From IMG/VR virus record IMGVR_UViG_3300035670_013237, positions 1 through 32,000 of that record: DNA of 32,000 nucleotides, one strand, 5' to 3'. Below are positions 14,569-23,106 of the stretch, piece by piece. The notes under the pieces are model-generated. The model did not search any database, had not been told where the DNA came from, and saw only the letters and a list, made by a program, of their open reading frames with translations. Position numbers and translations under genes: made by a program. The DNA comes from a virus. How positions within the stretch are numbered: the stretch's first letter is position 1; every line of letters starts with the position of its first letter.

Positions 14569-17500
14569 GTGGCAACCCCATCCCAAGACCAGCTCGACGC
14601 GGCCAAAGCACTTCTGCCCCTCATGGAGAAGATGGCCGACGCCGCGGACGAAGCGAGCCAGGCCCTAGGTGAACAGCTCGACGCCATGCGTGAGATGGTG
14701 AAGATCTCGAAGCAGCTGTCTGACTCTCCGGGCATGGGTGCAGGCATCAGCGAGACCTCTGAGAGTGTCAGGGAGCTGATCGACGACCTGGAGGACCTGA
14801 ACAGCGAGTCTGCCACATCTTCTTCGAAGCTGGAAGAGATCGGCGAGTCAGCCGGCAAGGCGGAAAAGAAGCTGGGCCTCTTCGGCAAGGCAGCTTTGTA
14901 CGCGACATCTTTCGGGCGCGGGTTCTGGCAGGGCCTGAAGATGACAGGCTCAATCCTGCGGTCAGTCACAGGCCTCATCGGCGGTGCCATTGGCTCGATT
15001 TATAGATTAGGCAAGTCGATTTTGGCGATTCCCTTCAAGCTCTTCAACATTCTGGGCAACATGGCCTCCCAGGGCGGCTCCAATGAGCTCGCTGAACAGA
15101 TTGAGAAGCTCAGAGATCACTTTGGAGCCCTGGGCCAGACTGCGCCTCAAGCCGTCCTCTCCACCGCCAAAGAGATGAGGGGCTTCGCGGCGACAGGCCT
15201 CAGTGCATATCGGATCTTCGGCAACATGGCGGAGCGCCTCCAGCACCTCAACGAGCTGTCGCAGAAGATGGGCCCAGTCTTCCAGAGTTTCACGGAAGAA
15301 TTTAAGAAGAGCGGCGGCGCCCTCCTGGGTTACCAGAAGGGCTTGGGGCTCACTGACGAGGCCATGAGAACTTTCGGCGAGCGCGCCAAGACGATGGGCG
15401 GCACCCTCGAGGGTGAGCTCAATAGTGTGTACAAGCAGGTGGATGCGCTCGGTGCACAGTTCAACATCGCCACGAAGGACATCTCGCGCGACCTGCAGAA
15501 GGCCGCCGCGGACGTGAAGCACTTCGGCGGGGCGACGATCAAGCAGATGGCGACAGCATCGGTCTACGCCAGAAAGCTGGGCCTCGAGCTCGACAAGATC
15601 GTGGGCACATTGGACACATTCGAGACATTCGAGGGTGCTGCTGAGAACGTGTCGAAGCTGTCGCAGTCGTTCGGCATCCAGGCAGATGCGTTCAAGCTGA
15701 TGGAGATGCAGGACCCAGCGCAGCAGGTCGACTACCTGCGCAAGCAATTCGCCGCAGCAGGCGTCGACGCCTCCAAGTTCAACCGCCAGCAGCTCAAGCT
15801 GCTGTCTTCGACGACAGGCCTCGACGAGGCGACGGCCCGGCAGGCTTTCTCACTCAAAAACCAGGGCGTCAGCCTCGACAAGATCTCGTCGGCGAGCGCC
15901 AAGGCCGAGAAGAAGCAGGTGTCGCAGGCCGAGGCGATGAATAACCTCGCGGACGCCATGAAGCGCATGATCAAGTCGGGCAGCGCCGAAGAGGGCTCAT
16001 TCCTCGACAGGTTCTTCAGGGGCATCGCCCGGGGCGTCATGGCAGGCAAAGAATTCCGCCAGGTGATGATGAATCTCCGGATTGCGTTCAGGACCGTCCT
16101 CCTCGAGGGTGTCAGGTTGGGCCGTGCCATCGCGCAGATGCCTGCCGTCAAAGAATTCTTCGGAGGGATCGCCGAGTTCTTCAACCCTGCCAGGTTCAAG
16201 GCCCTCGTCGGCGGCGTCACCGGTGAGCTCATCAAGTTCGTGAAGGGTGAGCAGTCATTCCCTGTCATGATGGAGAACATCAAGAAGAGGTTCTTCGACC
16301 ACTTCGATGCGTCCTCAGGTGCAGGACAGAAGTTCCTGTCGGGGGTCAAGAGGCTGTTCCAGGGCGCGATGACCCTCGCGGCGGACGCGATCAGGTGGAT
16401 CGCCGAGAAGATGGCGATTGGTGTCAAGATCCTCATCGGACTCCTGCAGGGCAAGGGCCTCGACTTGTCGGGCCTCGCAGGCGGCGGTTTCTGGGGCGAG
16501 GCCCTGGCACCTCTCTTCGCTGCCTTCAAGGATGCCTGGAAGACCCTGTCCCCCGTCGTGGGTGAGCTCCTGTCCCTCATCGGTGATAAGCTGATGAACT
16601 GGCTGGACATGACGGTGCTCCCATTTCTCGAGGAGAAGGCGCCTATCCTTGCTGCTGCCCTCTTGGGCCCAGCCTTCATCAAGGCAGGTCTCGCTGTCCT
16701 CGCCGAGCAAGTGGGCCCTGGGATCCTGAAGGGCTTCCGGAGGCTCCTGCCCACATGGCTCGGGGGGCTCCCAAAAGTCATTCCTCCCGTTCCGCCCATT
16801 CCACCCATTCCGACTGGACCACCATTGCCCCCTGCGCCAGATTCAGTCGCGGCGGTTGCGGCCGCCAAAGCGTTGGGGCTAAAGCTCGTTGCCATCGCAG
16901 GAGCCCTCGCGGTTGGCGGTGTTGCACTGGCTATTGCCATCTGGGCGATGAAAGGAATTTTAGGTGATATGACCCTTGAGCAGGCAGAGCTGCCTCTCTA
17001 TATTATTGGTGCTGTGGCACTTGCATCTTTGCCCCTGATGGGCGCTCTTGCACTGGGGAGCGCAATACCCCCGAGCCAAATTTTTCTAGGCGGTCTAGCT
17101 ATCGCAGCAGCACTGGGCATCGGAGGCTTAATTGGTGCGGGGGTGATCGCACTGATGGGAACAATATCTAAAGAACACGCTGACAAGGCAGTCTCAGCGA
17201 TGTGGGCCGCCACCCAAATACTCTTGATGGCTGTGCCTGTGGGTCTCGCAGCAGCCGCGATGGGCGCGATGGTGCCCTTCCTGCTGCTCGGTCTGATAGG
17301 TTTTCCCGTGATGTCTGAAGTCCTTGAAGAGATGTCTGATGCGATCATCAATATCATGACAGCCCTCGATAAGGTAAAGATGGGCGCAGACATCGGGGCC
17401 AAGGTCGACGCCTTCGTCAAGATCCTCACCGCAGTGACAGAGTTCACCAATGTCATGGTCGAGGTGATGGAAGCCACCGCACCCTCGCTCGACAGCCTGC

Positions 17501-19302
17501 TCTTCGGCGGGCGCAGCTTCGAGGAGCAAATCGCAGATTCGACAGCGATCATGGGTGCGCTCATCGGTGAGCCCGGCGGCGGGGGCATCATTGGCATCAT
17601 GGAGACGATCACCGAAGCACTGTCTTCCATGGCTCAATTCCCCGGTATTGAGACCGCTGCTACCGTCTTCAAGGATGTGCTCACTGCCGTGACTGCGGCT
17701 GTGCAGGGGCTGATGCCCCCGGAGGACCTGCTCGAAGAGATCATCGATGACCCTGAGGACGCCGCAAAGATGATCGCGAAGACGAAGGATTTCGTCGACA
17801 TCATGTCTACGCAGATGACGGACCTGATGGCTTCCGTCAAGGGCACGGTCGCTGAATTCATCAAGATGGCAGTGCCCAACCCGGAGCAGGCAAAAGTTGT
17901 GGCAGAGATCGTGGCTGCGACCGCGAGCCTCTTGAATGCCGTCGCCCCCTCACCGCAGCTCATCGAGAGTTTCAAGACACACCTGAAGGAGGACGGCACC
18001 TTTACCGACCTTGACATGTCGTTTTTGAACATTACCCAGATGAAAGATTTTATAACGGAATATATCGGTGCCGTCACGCCCCTCATCAAGACCCTCGCGA
18101 GCGGCATGATCACCGAGATCCTCGCCGCCGTGAAAGACGTGCCCGTCGAGCAGCTGTCGAAGCTGAGCGGGGTGGCTGATATTCTGAAGGTGGTGGTGGA
18201 CCTCGTGAAGGCGATCAACGACACATCCAAGGGTGAAGACATCAAGGTCGACGCGGGTGGCTACAACAACACGGTCATCGTCACGAAGCAGATTCCTGAC
18301 GTGATCGGCATCATCGACAAGATCGGCGACAAGTTCGGCATCCTCGTGGGCAAGCTGAAGACCGCCGCCGAGCAGATTCCCAATGACGACGGATTCTTCA
18401 AGCGGGTCGACGCGATGAAGAAGCTCTTCGAGATGCTCGCGTCGATCCCCCAGCTCGTCAACGCGATGAAGGAGGTCCCCCCTGTGCAGACGATGTCAGG
18501 CGGCCCCGCGAGCATGATGGAGAGGTTCGAGCAGATCCAGACCTTCCTCCATGACATCACGGCGTCGAGCACCCTGGCGTCGATCATCGCCAGTGTCAAT
18601 GAGATCGGGAAGCTCCTCCTCGCAGACAAGGTGACCATGAAGAACGTCGAGAACCTGAAGAATTTCTCGACGAACATCAAGGAGACGATCGACGCCTTCA
18701 AGGACATTTCTAATGAGCAGAAGTCCCTCGAGGGCCTCGACGTCGCGGGCACCTTCTATAAATTCAACAACATCCTGGTGTCACTCGTGAGCGGCTATGG
18801 TCCCTCCGTCGGCAAGGGCGTCCTCGAGGAGCTCAATAAGACCCTCGCGTCGAAGGCACTGGGCCAGCTCGGTGCCCTCGCGGCGAACATGAAGTCCTAC
18901 TCGACGAAGATGTCCGCGGTCGCGAAGGCGACCACCGAGGGCAACATGGCCGACGCGATGACGGCCGTCGTCGTGATGATCGACTCCGCGAAGGCCCTCC
19001 ACACGAGCCTCACGACCCTGCCTGACATCAACCTGGATCCGAAGCTGAAGGCACTCGCGAGCGGCATCGGCCTCGGGGGCAAGTTCAACTACAAGATCAC
19101 GAACGAGCGGGTGCAGATCAACATCGACCTCGCGGTCGCGATGGACGCGGGCGACGTCGAGGCTGCCATCATCATGCGCAGCCAATCCATCATCCGTGAC
19201 CGCGTCAACGCTGCGACAGCAGGAAACACCGTCACGTTCGAAGAACCAATCCCACCCCGGCGCACTAAGGGCTTCCAGGTTCCAGGAAAATACACGAAAT
19301 AA
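14569..19302 (+). CDS. tail tape measure protein (1577 aa; functional analogue of T4 gp29)
   Basis: GTG start with GAGGT 5 nt upstream. The protein is long, Ala/Leu/Gly/Lys-rich and predicted helical. It has a proline block VIPPVPPIPPIPTGPPLPPAP (16777-16839) and 4-5 hydrophobic membrane-like segments (about 16850-17313). It lies between hub and tube-cap genes. Size and composition are typical of tape measures. Confidence 0.85.
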   Translation: MATPSQDQLDAAKALLPLMEKMADAADEASQALGEQLDAMREMVKISKQLSDSPGMGAGISETSESVRELIDDLEDLNSESATSSSKLEEIGESAGKAEKKLGLFGKAALYATSFGRGFWQGLKMTGSILRSVTGLIGGAIGSIYRLGKSILAIPFKLFNILGNMASQGGSNELAEQIEKLRDHFGALGQTAPQAVLSTAKEMRGFAATGLSAYRIFGNMAERLQHLNELSQKMGPVFQSFTEEFKKSGGALLGYQKGLGLTDEAMRTFGERAKTMGGTLEGELNSVYKQVDALGAQFNIATKDISRDLQKAAADVKHFGGATIKQMATASVYARKLGLELDKIVGTLDTFETFEGAAENVSKLSQSFGIQADAFKLMEMQDPAQQVDYLRKQFAAAGVDASKFNRQQLKLLSSTTGLDEATARQAFSLKNQGVSLDKISSASAKAEKKQVSQAEAMNNLADAMKRMIKSGSAEEGSFLDRFFRGIARGVMAGKEFRQVMMNLRIAFRTVLLEGVRLGRAIAQMPAVKEFFGGIAEFFNPARFKALVGGVTGELIKFVKGEQSFPVMMENIKKRFFDHFDASSGAGQKFLSGVKRLFQGAMTLAADAIRWIAEKMAIGVKILIGLLQGKGLDLSGLAGGGFWGEALAPLFAAFKDAWKTLSPVVGELLSLIGDKLMNWLDMTVLPFLEEKAPILAAALLGPAFIKAGLAVLAEQVGPGILKGFRRLLPTWLGGLPKVIPPVPPIPPIPTGPPLPPAPDSVAAVAAAKALGLKLVAIAGALAVGGVALAIAIWAMKGILGDMTLEQAELPLYIIGAVALASLPLMGALALGSAIPPSQIFLGGLAIAAALGIGGLIGAGVIALMGTISKEHADKAVSAMWAATQILLMAVPVGLAAAAMGAMVPFLLLGLIGFPVMSEVLEEMSDAIINIMTALDKVKMGADIGAKVDAFVKILTAVTEFTNVMVEVMEATAPSLDSLLFGGRSFEEQIADSTAIMGALIGEPGGGGIIGIMETITEALSSMAQFPGIETAATVFKDVLTAVTAAVQGLMPPEDLLEEIIDDPEDAAKMIAKTKDFVDIMSTQMTDLMASVKGTVAEFIKMAVPNPEQAKVVAEIVAATASLLNAVAPSPQLIESFKTHLKEDGTFTDLDMSFLNITQMKDFITEYIGAVTPLIKTLASGMITEILAAVKDVPVEQLSKLSGVADILKVVVDLVKAINDTSKGEDIKVDAGGYNNTVIVTKQIPDVIGIIDKIGDKFGILVGKLKTAAEQIPNDDGFFKRVDAMKKLFEMLASIPQLVNAMKEVPPVQTMSGGPASMMERFEQIQTFLHDITASSTLASIIASVNEIGKLLLADKVTMKNVENLKNFSTNIKETIDAFKDISNEQKSLEGLDVAGTFYKFNNILVSLVSGYGPSVGKGVLEELNKTLASKALGQLGALAANMKSYSTKMSAVAKATTEGNMADAMTAVVVMIDSAKALHTSLTTLPDINLDPKLKALASGIGLGGKFNYKITNERVQINIDLAVAMDAGDVEAAIIMRSQSIIRDRVNAATAGNTVTFEEPIPPRRTKGFQVPGKYTK

Positions 19303-19338
19303 AGCTGATGGGCTCATAAAAAATAATAAAATGGTGCC

Positions 19339-19602
19339 ATGAAGACCAAGCAGCAAATTTGGGAATTTTTGTCGGGCAATCCAGCGTACCAAAAAGCCAT
19401 ATCTGGGGTCACACCCGAGGAGCGTGCAAAGATCGAGGGCTTCCTGCAGGGCGAGTTCCTCGACACGCTCCACAAGTTCGAGGTCGCCCTCGAGGGGGCC
19501 GCAGGGGATCCCGGCCTGCAAAGTAAAATAGCGCAGGCATTATCGGGGGGGAAGCAGGTAGTTAGTAGTACTGAATCGCCCAAGCCCGATTCAGCAGGCT
19601 GA
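19339..19602 (+). CDS. hypothetical protein (87 aa)
   Basis: ORF-track entry between the tape measure and the tube-cap gene, preceded by the A-rich CATAAAAAATAATAAAATGG. No motif recognised. Confidence 0.5.
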   Translation: MKTKQQIWEFLSGNPAYQKAISGVTPEERAKIEGFLQGEFLDTLHKFEVALEGAAGDPGLQSKIAQALSGGKQVVSSTESPKPDSAG

Positions 19603-19604
19603 AG

Positions 19605-22600
19605 ATGGTCGACAGAATTGTTCCCCCACAGAATCAAGGTGTGCAGCCCGAAGCGCGGCCCGATGAGACACGAGAGCTGACGGTCACTCCTGAGGGCGGA
19701 GGCGCCCGGTTGTGGACTGGCATGCCAGGCTTTGAAATCGACGGTCTAGGCTACACGTATGACGTGGGAGACCCAGATCGGGGAGACATTCCAGGGTATC
19801 CATTTGCTCTTGATTCTGGCATGGTCAATGTCGAGCAAAATGATCCTCCCCGCAAGGACCTGAGCCGGACGACGAAGGACACGCTGGCGAAGTATTTGGG
19901 CCAGAAGACTGCACAGAACTATTTCCCAGTCGATGGAGGTACAGGATGGACCTCAACCAGCATTACCTCTGAGACACCTGGGCTGACACCGCCTATCCCT
20001 AGCCCTAATGAACCAACCAAAAATTCCAATTGGTTCACAAAGGGAACGTATAGCACAGATGGAACATCTAATGTCTCAGAGCCTCTTAGAGGATGGAAGC
20101 CCCGCCAAAAATTCGAACCCCCAGAGACTAGTATAGGGTCAAGATCAGATCAACTAGATCTAAAGAAGGGAAAAGATCCCGCGGGCGATCCCGATTTAGA
20201 TGGAAATGATCTCCTCTCAAAGAATGAGAGCCTCGAGAAAATTGAGCGTTATTCTAATGCTGTTTTAAAAAATAATCGCTTTACTCGTGAAAACAAATAT
20301 GTCGATTTTGATGTGTCAGATTCATCCAGCAACGTTAGAAGTGAGCCCGTCGTTTATCATCCCGAATATGGGCCATTCACAATTGATAAATTGGCACAAA
20401 TAGCACCAACACTTCTCCTCCGTGCGTCAGATTCTGAAATAGAAAAACTCCCAGGACAAGAGAGATTTCCAGGGGAAGAAAAACTTGTGCTAAAAAAGAT
20501 CGAGCTTGTTAAACTCGAAGCAAGGGATGCAATTGAGTCCCTATCTGATGCTGAGGCTTCTTCAGCTGATTTTTTTAGTATTGCAGATGGATCTTGGGGT
20601 ACATTCACAAATTTTGAAACCCAATTTGATGGATCATCTTTGAGTGCCATGGAAGCATTGGCTATAGTGCTTACAAAGGGCATTTTCAAAATAATGGACA
20701 GTCTTCTTGACTTGGTCATTACAACAAATAAAAGTTTTAACCCAAATGAAGAGCCTGACCGTTTAGGTCTCCAGCTTGGCAAATCATTTGCAACTGCACA
20801 AATAAGTGGTGACCCAAGCACATTAGAATTTTGGGATATTTTGTATTACCTGACAGGGCTTTTTGGAATAGTCCCAACTAGAAATTCTTACACGCTTTGT
20901 GTATTTCAAGGGCTGAAGGCTCTTTTTGAGAGCAATAATACAGATTCTAATCTTTTTGGAATTGAGCTTCCATCAATTCTATCTGCCACAGCAGGTGAGC
21001 GAGGATTTTCACAGGCTACACCTGGCTACATTTCAACTCTTGCTCGGGCGATTCTTCGGGCTAATCTTATTTTCTATGACACATTTGCAAAAATTCCAAA
21101 AAATGATATGATCATGGGCACAATCAGCGTGATTTCAAATTCTAAGATTTTAAAAATCTTGAATGCGATCGCTGCTATTGGAGATGGAATAATCTCGAGC
21201 TATGATTATAAAGCCAAGTTGAGCAGCCTAAGTGAAACAAGCAGCATGTTCGATGCAACACCTCGGCAATTCAAGTCAAATGGTCGCTCAATTCCATATG
21301 CTGCAGGAGCGGCACCCTCTTATTATTTATTGCCATCATCAATTTTGCAACTCAAAATTGACAACCCTAATCTGGGAGGTGATTTACCAATTTCTTCTAT
21401 GACTGATAGAATTAAGATATTGGAATCTGGTGCAAGAATGTTCAAAACGAACAGATCAGATCCTGAGCAAGTCTCTAAAATAGAAAATATTCTTGAAGCT
21501 GCCTATGTTCCATTCTATTTCCATGATCTGCGCACGAATGAGATCATTTCATTCCACGCATTTTTAGATTCCATCACTGACGGATTCTCAGCTGAATATG
21601 AGTCTGTGTCAGGCTTCGGTCGCATTGACCCTGTCCAGATCTATAAGGGCACGCAGCGCAGGATGGGCCTGTCATTTTACGTCGCTGCCCTCGATGATGC
21701 TGACTTCGATGAAATGTGGACCAAGATCAATAAGCTCGTCACCCTCGTCTACCCGCAGTACACGGAGGGGCGTGTATTGGCTAAGGGCGGCTATAATTTT
21801 GTGCAACCCTTCAGTCAAATGGTCGGAGCCTCACCCCTGATCAGGCTGAGGCTGGGCAATCTGTTCCGCAGCAATTATTCCAAGTTTGCACTTGCACGCG
21901 TCTTTGGCGCTGGGCTGTCAGGCAAAAGTTTCCAAGACACGTCGCCTGCAGCACCAAGTCAGGCTTCGCCTGCGCCAGCTCAAGCTCCCCCGCCCGCAGC
22001 AAATTCTAGCCCTGCTACAGATAGTGAGAGTATTCAAGATCCCCTTGAGCAAGAGATTTTTGAACTTGCTGTAGAACGTAAGACAGCATTTACTTTTAAA
22101 AATCTAGATGTGCTAAAACAAAAACTTTATCCTTTGCTCACGAATGGCTTGAGCGCATTCAGCGGCCTGACTGAAGATGATGTTCAGAGATTACAATTTT
22201 CTATTATAAATCATAATAAAGATGCTTCATCTGCCGAAATCATGTGGCAGAGTTGGAATTATGGGCTTGACACCATATCCATTTTCAATTTCAAAGAGCG
22301 TCTAACAAATGAATATGGATCTGCAGGCAGTTATCCTATTTTTTTTGAAAAAATTAGTGATTTCAAGATTGTTGACAGAGAACCTTTAGTGCGTCAAATA
22401 TTAGCTAATAGGCAAAAAACTGCGCCAGGAGTTGGTACTCCTGTGCCAGCTACATCATCAGCCCCTGTGGGTGCTGTTTCGCCATCGTCAGGAAGTTTAG
22501 AATCTACTAATGTGAATCAAAATGCAGACCCTGAGAACCTCTCATCCATTGAAAAATTTATGCAATCTAGTCAAAACTCTGTCGTGAAGTCTTTTGAATC

Positions 22601-22805
22601 AGCGGGTGGCCGGGGTCTCGCAGGCGTCATCACGAACCTCGACTTTGATTGGTATGATAAGGTAACATGGGACACTAGAGACGGCCGCAAGGCCCCGATG
22701 ATGTGCAAGGTTACGATAGGCTTCACGCCCATCCACGACATCTCTCCCGGCATCGACTCGCTGGGCTATAACAGGGCGCCTGTCTATCCGGGAGGAAAGA
22801 AGTAA
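19605..22805 (+). CDS. baseplate tail-tube cap / initiator, T4 gp48-like core embedded in a 1066-aa protein
   Basis: AYVPFYFHDLRTNEIISFHAFLDSITDGFSAEYESVSGFGRIDPVQIYKGTQRRMGLSFYVAALDDADFDEMWTKINKLVTLVYPQY and the C-terminal GRGLAGVITNLDFDWYDKVTWDT...KVTIGFTPIHD fit the gp48-type tube-cap pattern as recalled. It lies directly after the tape measure, as gene 48 does in T4. The N-terminal 630 aa and a roughly 200-aa internal insert are not recognised. Confidence 0.6.
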   Translation: MVDRIVPPQNQGVQPEARPDETRELTVTPEGGGARLWTGMPGFEIDGLGYTYDVGDPDRGDIPGYPFALDSGMVNVEQNDPPRKDLSRTTKDTLAKYLGQKTAQNYFPVDGGTGWTSTSITSETPGLTPPIPSPNEPTKNSNWFTKGTYSTDGTSNVSEPLRGWKPRQKFEPPETSIGSRSDQLDLKKGKDPAGDPDLDGNDLLSKNESLEKIERYSNAVLKNNRFTRENKYVDFDVSDSSSNVRSEPVVYHPEYGPFTIDKLAQIAPTLLLRASDSEIEKLPGQERFPGEEKLVLKKIELVKLEARDAIESLSDAEASSADFFSIADGSWGTFTNFETQFDGSSLSAMEALAIVLTKGIFKIMDSLLDLVITTNKSFNPNEEPDRLGLQLGKSFATAQISGDPSTLEFWDILYYLTGLFGIVPTRNSYTLCVFQGLKALFESNNTDSNLFGIELPSILSATAGERGFSQATPGYISTLARAILRANLIFYDTFAKIPKNDMIMGTISVISNSKILKILNAIAAIGDGIISSYDYKAKLSSLSETSSMFDATPRQFKSNGRSIPYAAGAAPSYYLLPSSILQLKIDNPNLGGDLPISSMTDRIKILESGARMFKTNRSDPEQVSKIENILEAAYVPFYFHDLRTNEIISFHAFLDSITDGFSAEYESVSGFGRIDPVQIYKGTQRRMGLSFYVAALDDADFDEMWTKINKLVTLVYPQYTEGRVLAKGGYNFVQPFSQMVGASPLIRLRLGNLFRSNYSKFALARVFGAGLSGKSFQDTSPAAPSQASPAPAQAPPPAANSSPATDSESIQDPLEQEIFELAVERKTAFTFKNLDVLKQKLYPLLTNGLSAFSGLTEDDVQRLQFSIINHNKDASSAEIMWQSWNYGLDTISIFNFKERLTNEYGSAGSYPIFFEKISDFKIVDREPLVRQILANRQKTAPGVGTPVPATSSAPVGAVSPSSGSLESTNVNQNADPENLSSIEKFMQSSQNSVVKSFESAGGRGLAGVITNLDFDWYDKVTWDTRDGRKAPMMCKVTIGFTPIHDISPGIDSLGYNRAPVYPGGKK

Positions 22806-23099
22806 ATGCCATTCAGTAGATACACGAGAGCCCCTGTCCTCGCTTTCGGCGCACAGTACGGCACATCAGAAGCGTGCAGGATCGTCCGGGCCGCAATTGC
22901 TGACGGCCGTCTCGCTGTTCAAGAGTTTTATCTGCGGGGTGCCGAGCGTCTCGACGCCCTCGCGGGCAGGCTGTATGGCGATGCGAGGTACTGGTGGGTC
23001 CTCGCCGCCGCCTCTGACATCGGGTGGGGCCTCCAGGTGCCCCCTGGAACGATCATAAGATATCCGAGCTTGGCCGACGTCGGCCGGCTCGTCGGGTGA
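22806..23099 (+). CDS. LysM-like baseplate protein (T4 gp53 / P2 gpX-like)
   Basis: RBS GGAGGAAAG. LDALAGRLYGDARYWWVLAAASDIGWGLQVPPGTIIRYP fits the LysM pattern; compare T4 gp53 ANAIYGNPQLYWVLLMCND. A small LysM protein next to the tube initiator is typical of contractile-tail modules. Confidence 0.55.
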   Translation: MPFSRYTRAPVLAFGAQYGTSEACRIVRAAIADGRLAVQEFYLRGAERLDALAGRLYGDARYWWVLAAASDIGWGLQVPPGTIIRYPSLADVGRLVG

Positions 23100-23106
23100 G
23101 GATCCA

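Noticed and set aside
18757-18764. TATAAATT, a near-consensus late promoter box, inside the tape-measure ORF.
   Set aside because: It lies deep inside a long gene with no downstream start codon or RBS, so it is most likely a chance occurrence. I keep it as a caveat against over-interpreting the intergenic boxes.
22010-22560. A possible intein in the gp48-like gene, because a foreign-looking segment interrupts a conserved domain.
   Set aside because: There is no Cys/Ser/Thr at a plausible N-terminal junction, no His-Asn plus Cys/Ser/Thr at a C-terminal junction, and no LAGLIDADG or HNH block. The insert is bracketed by Pro/Ala/Ser linkers, which fits an inserted surface domain better.
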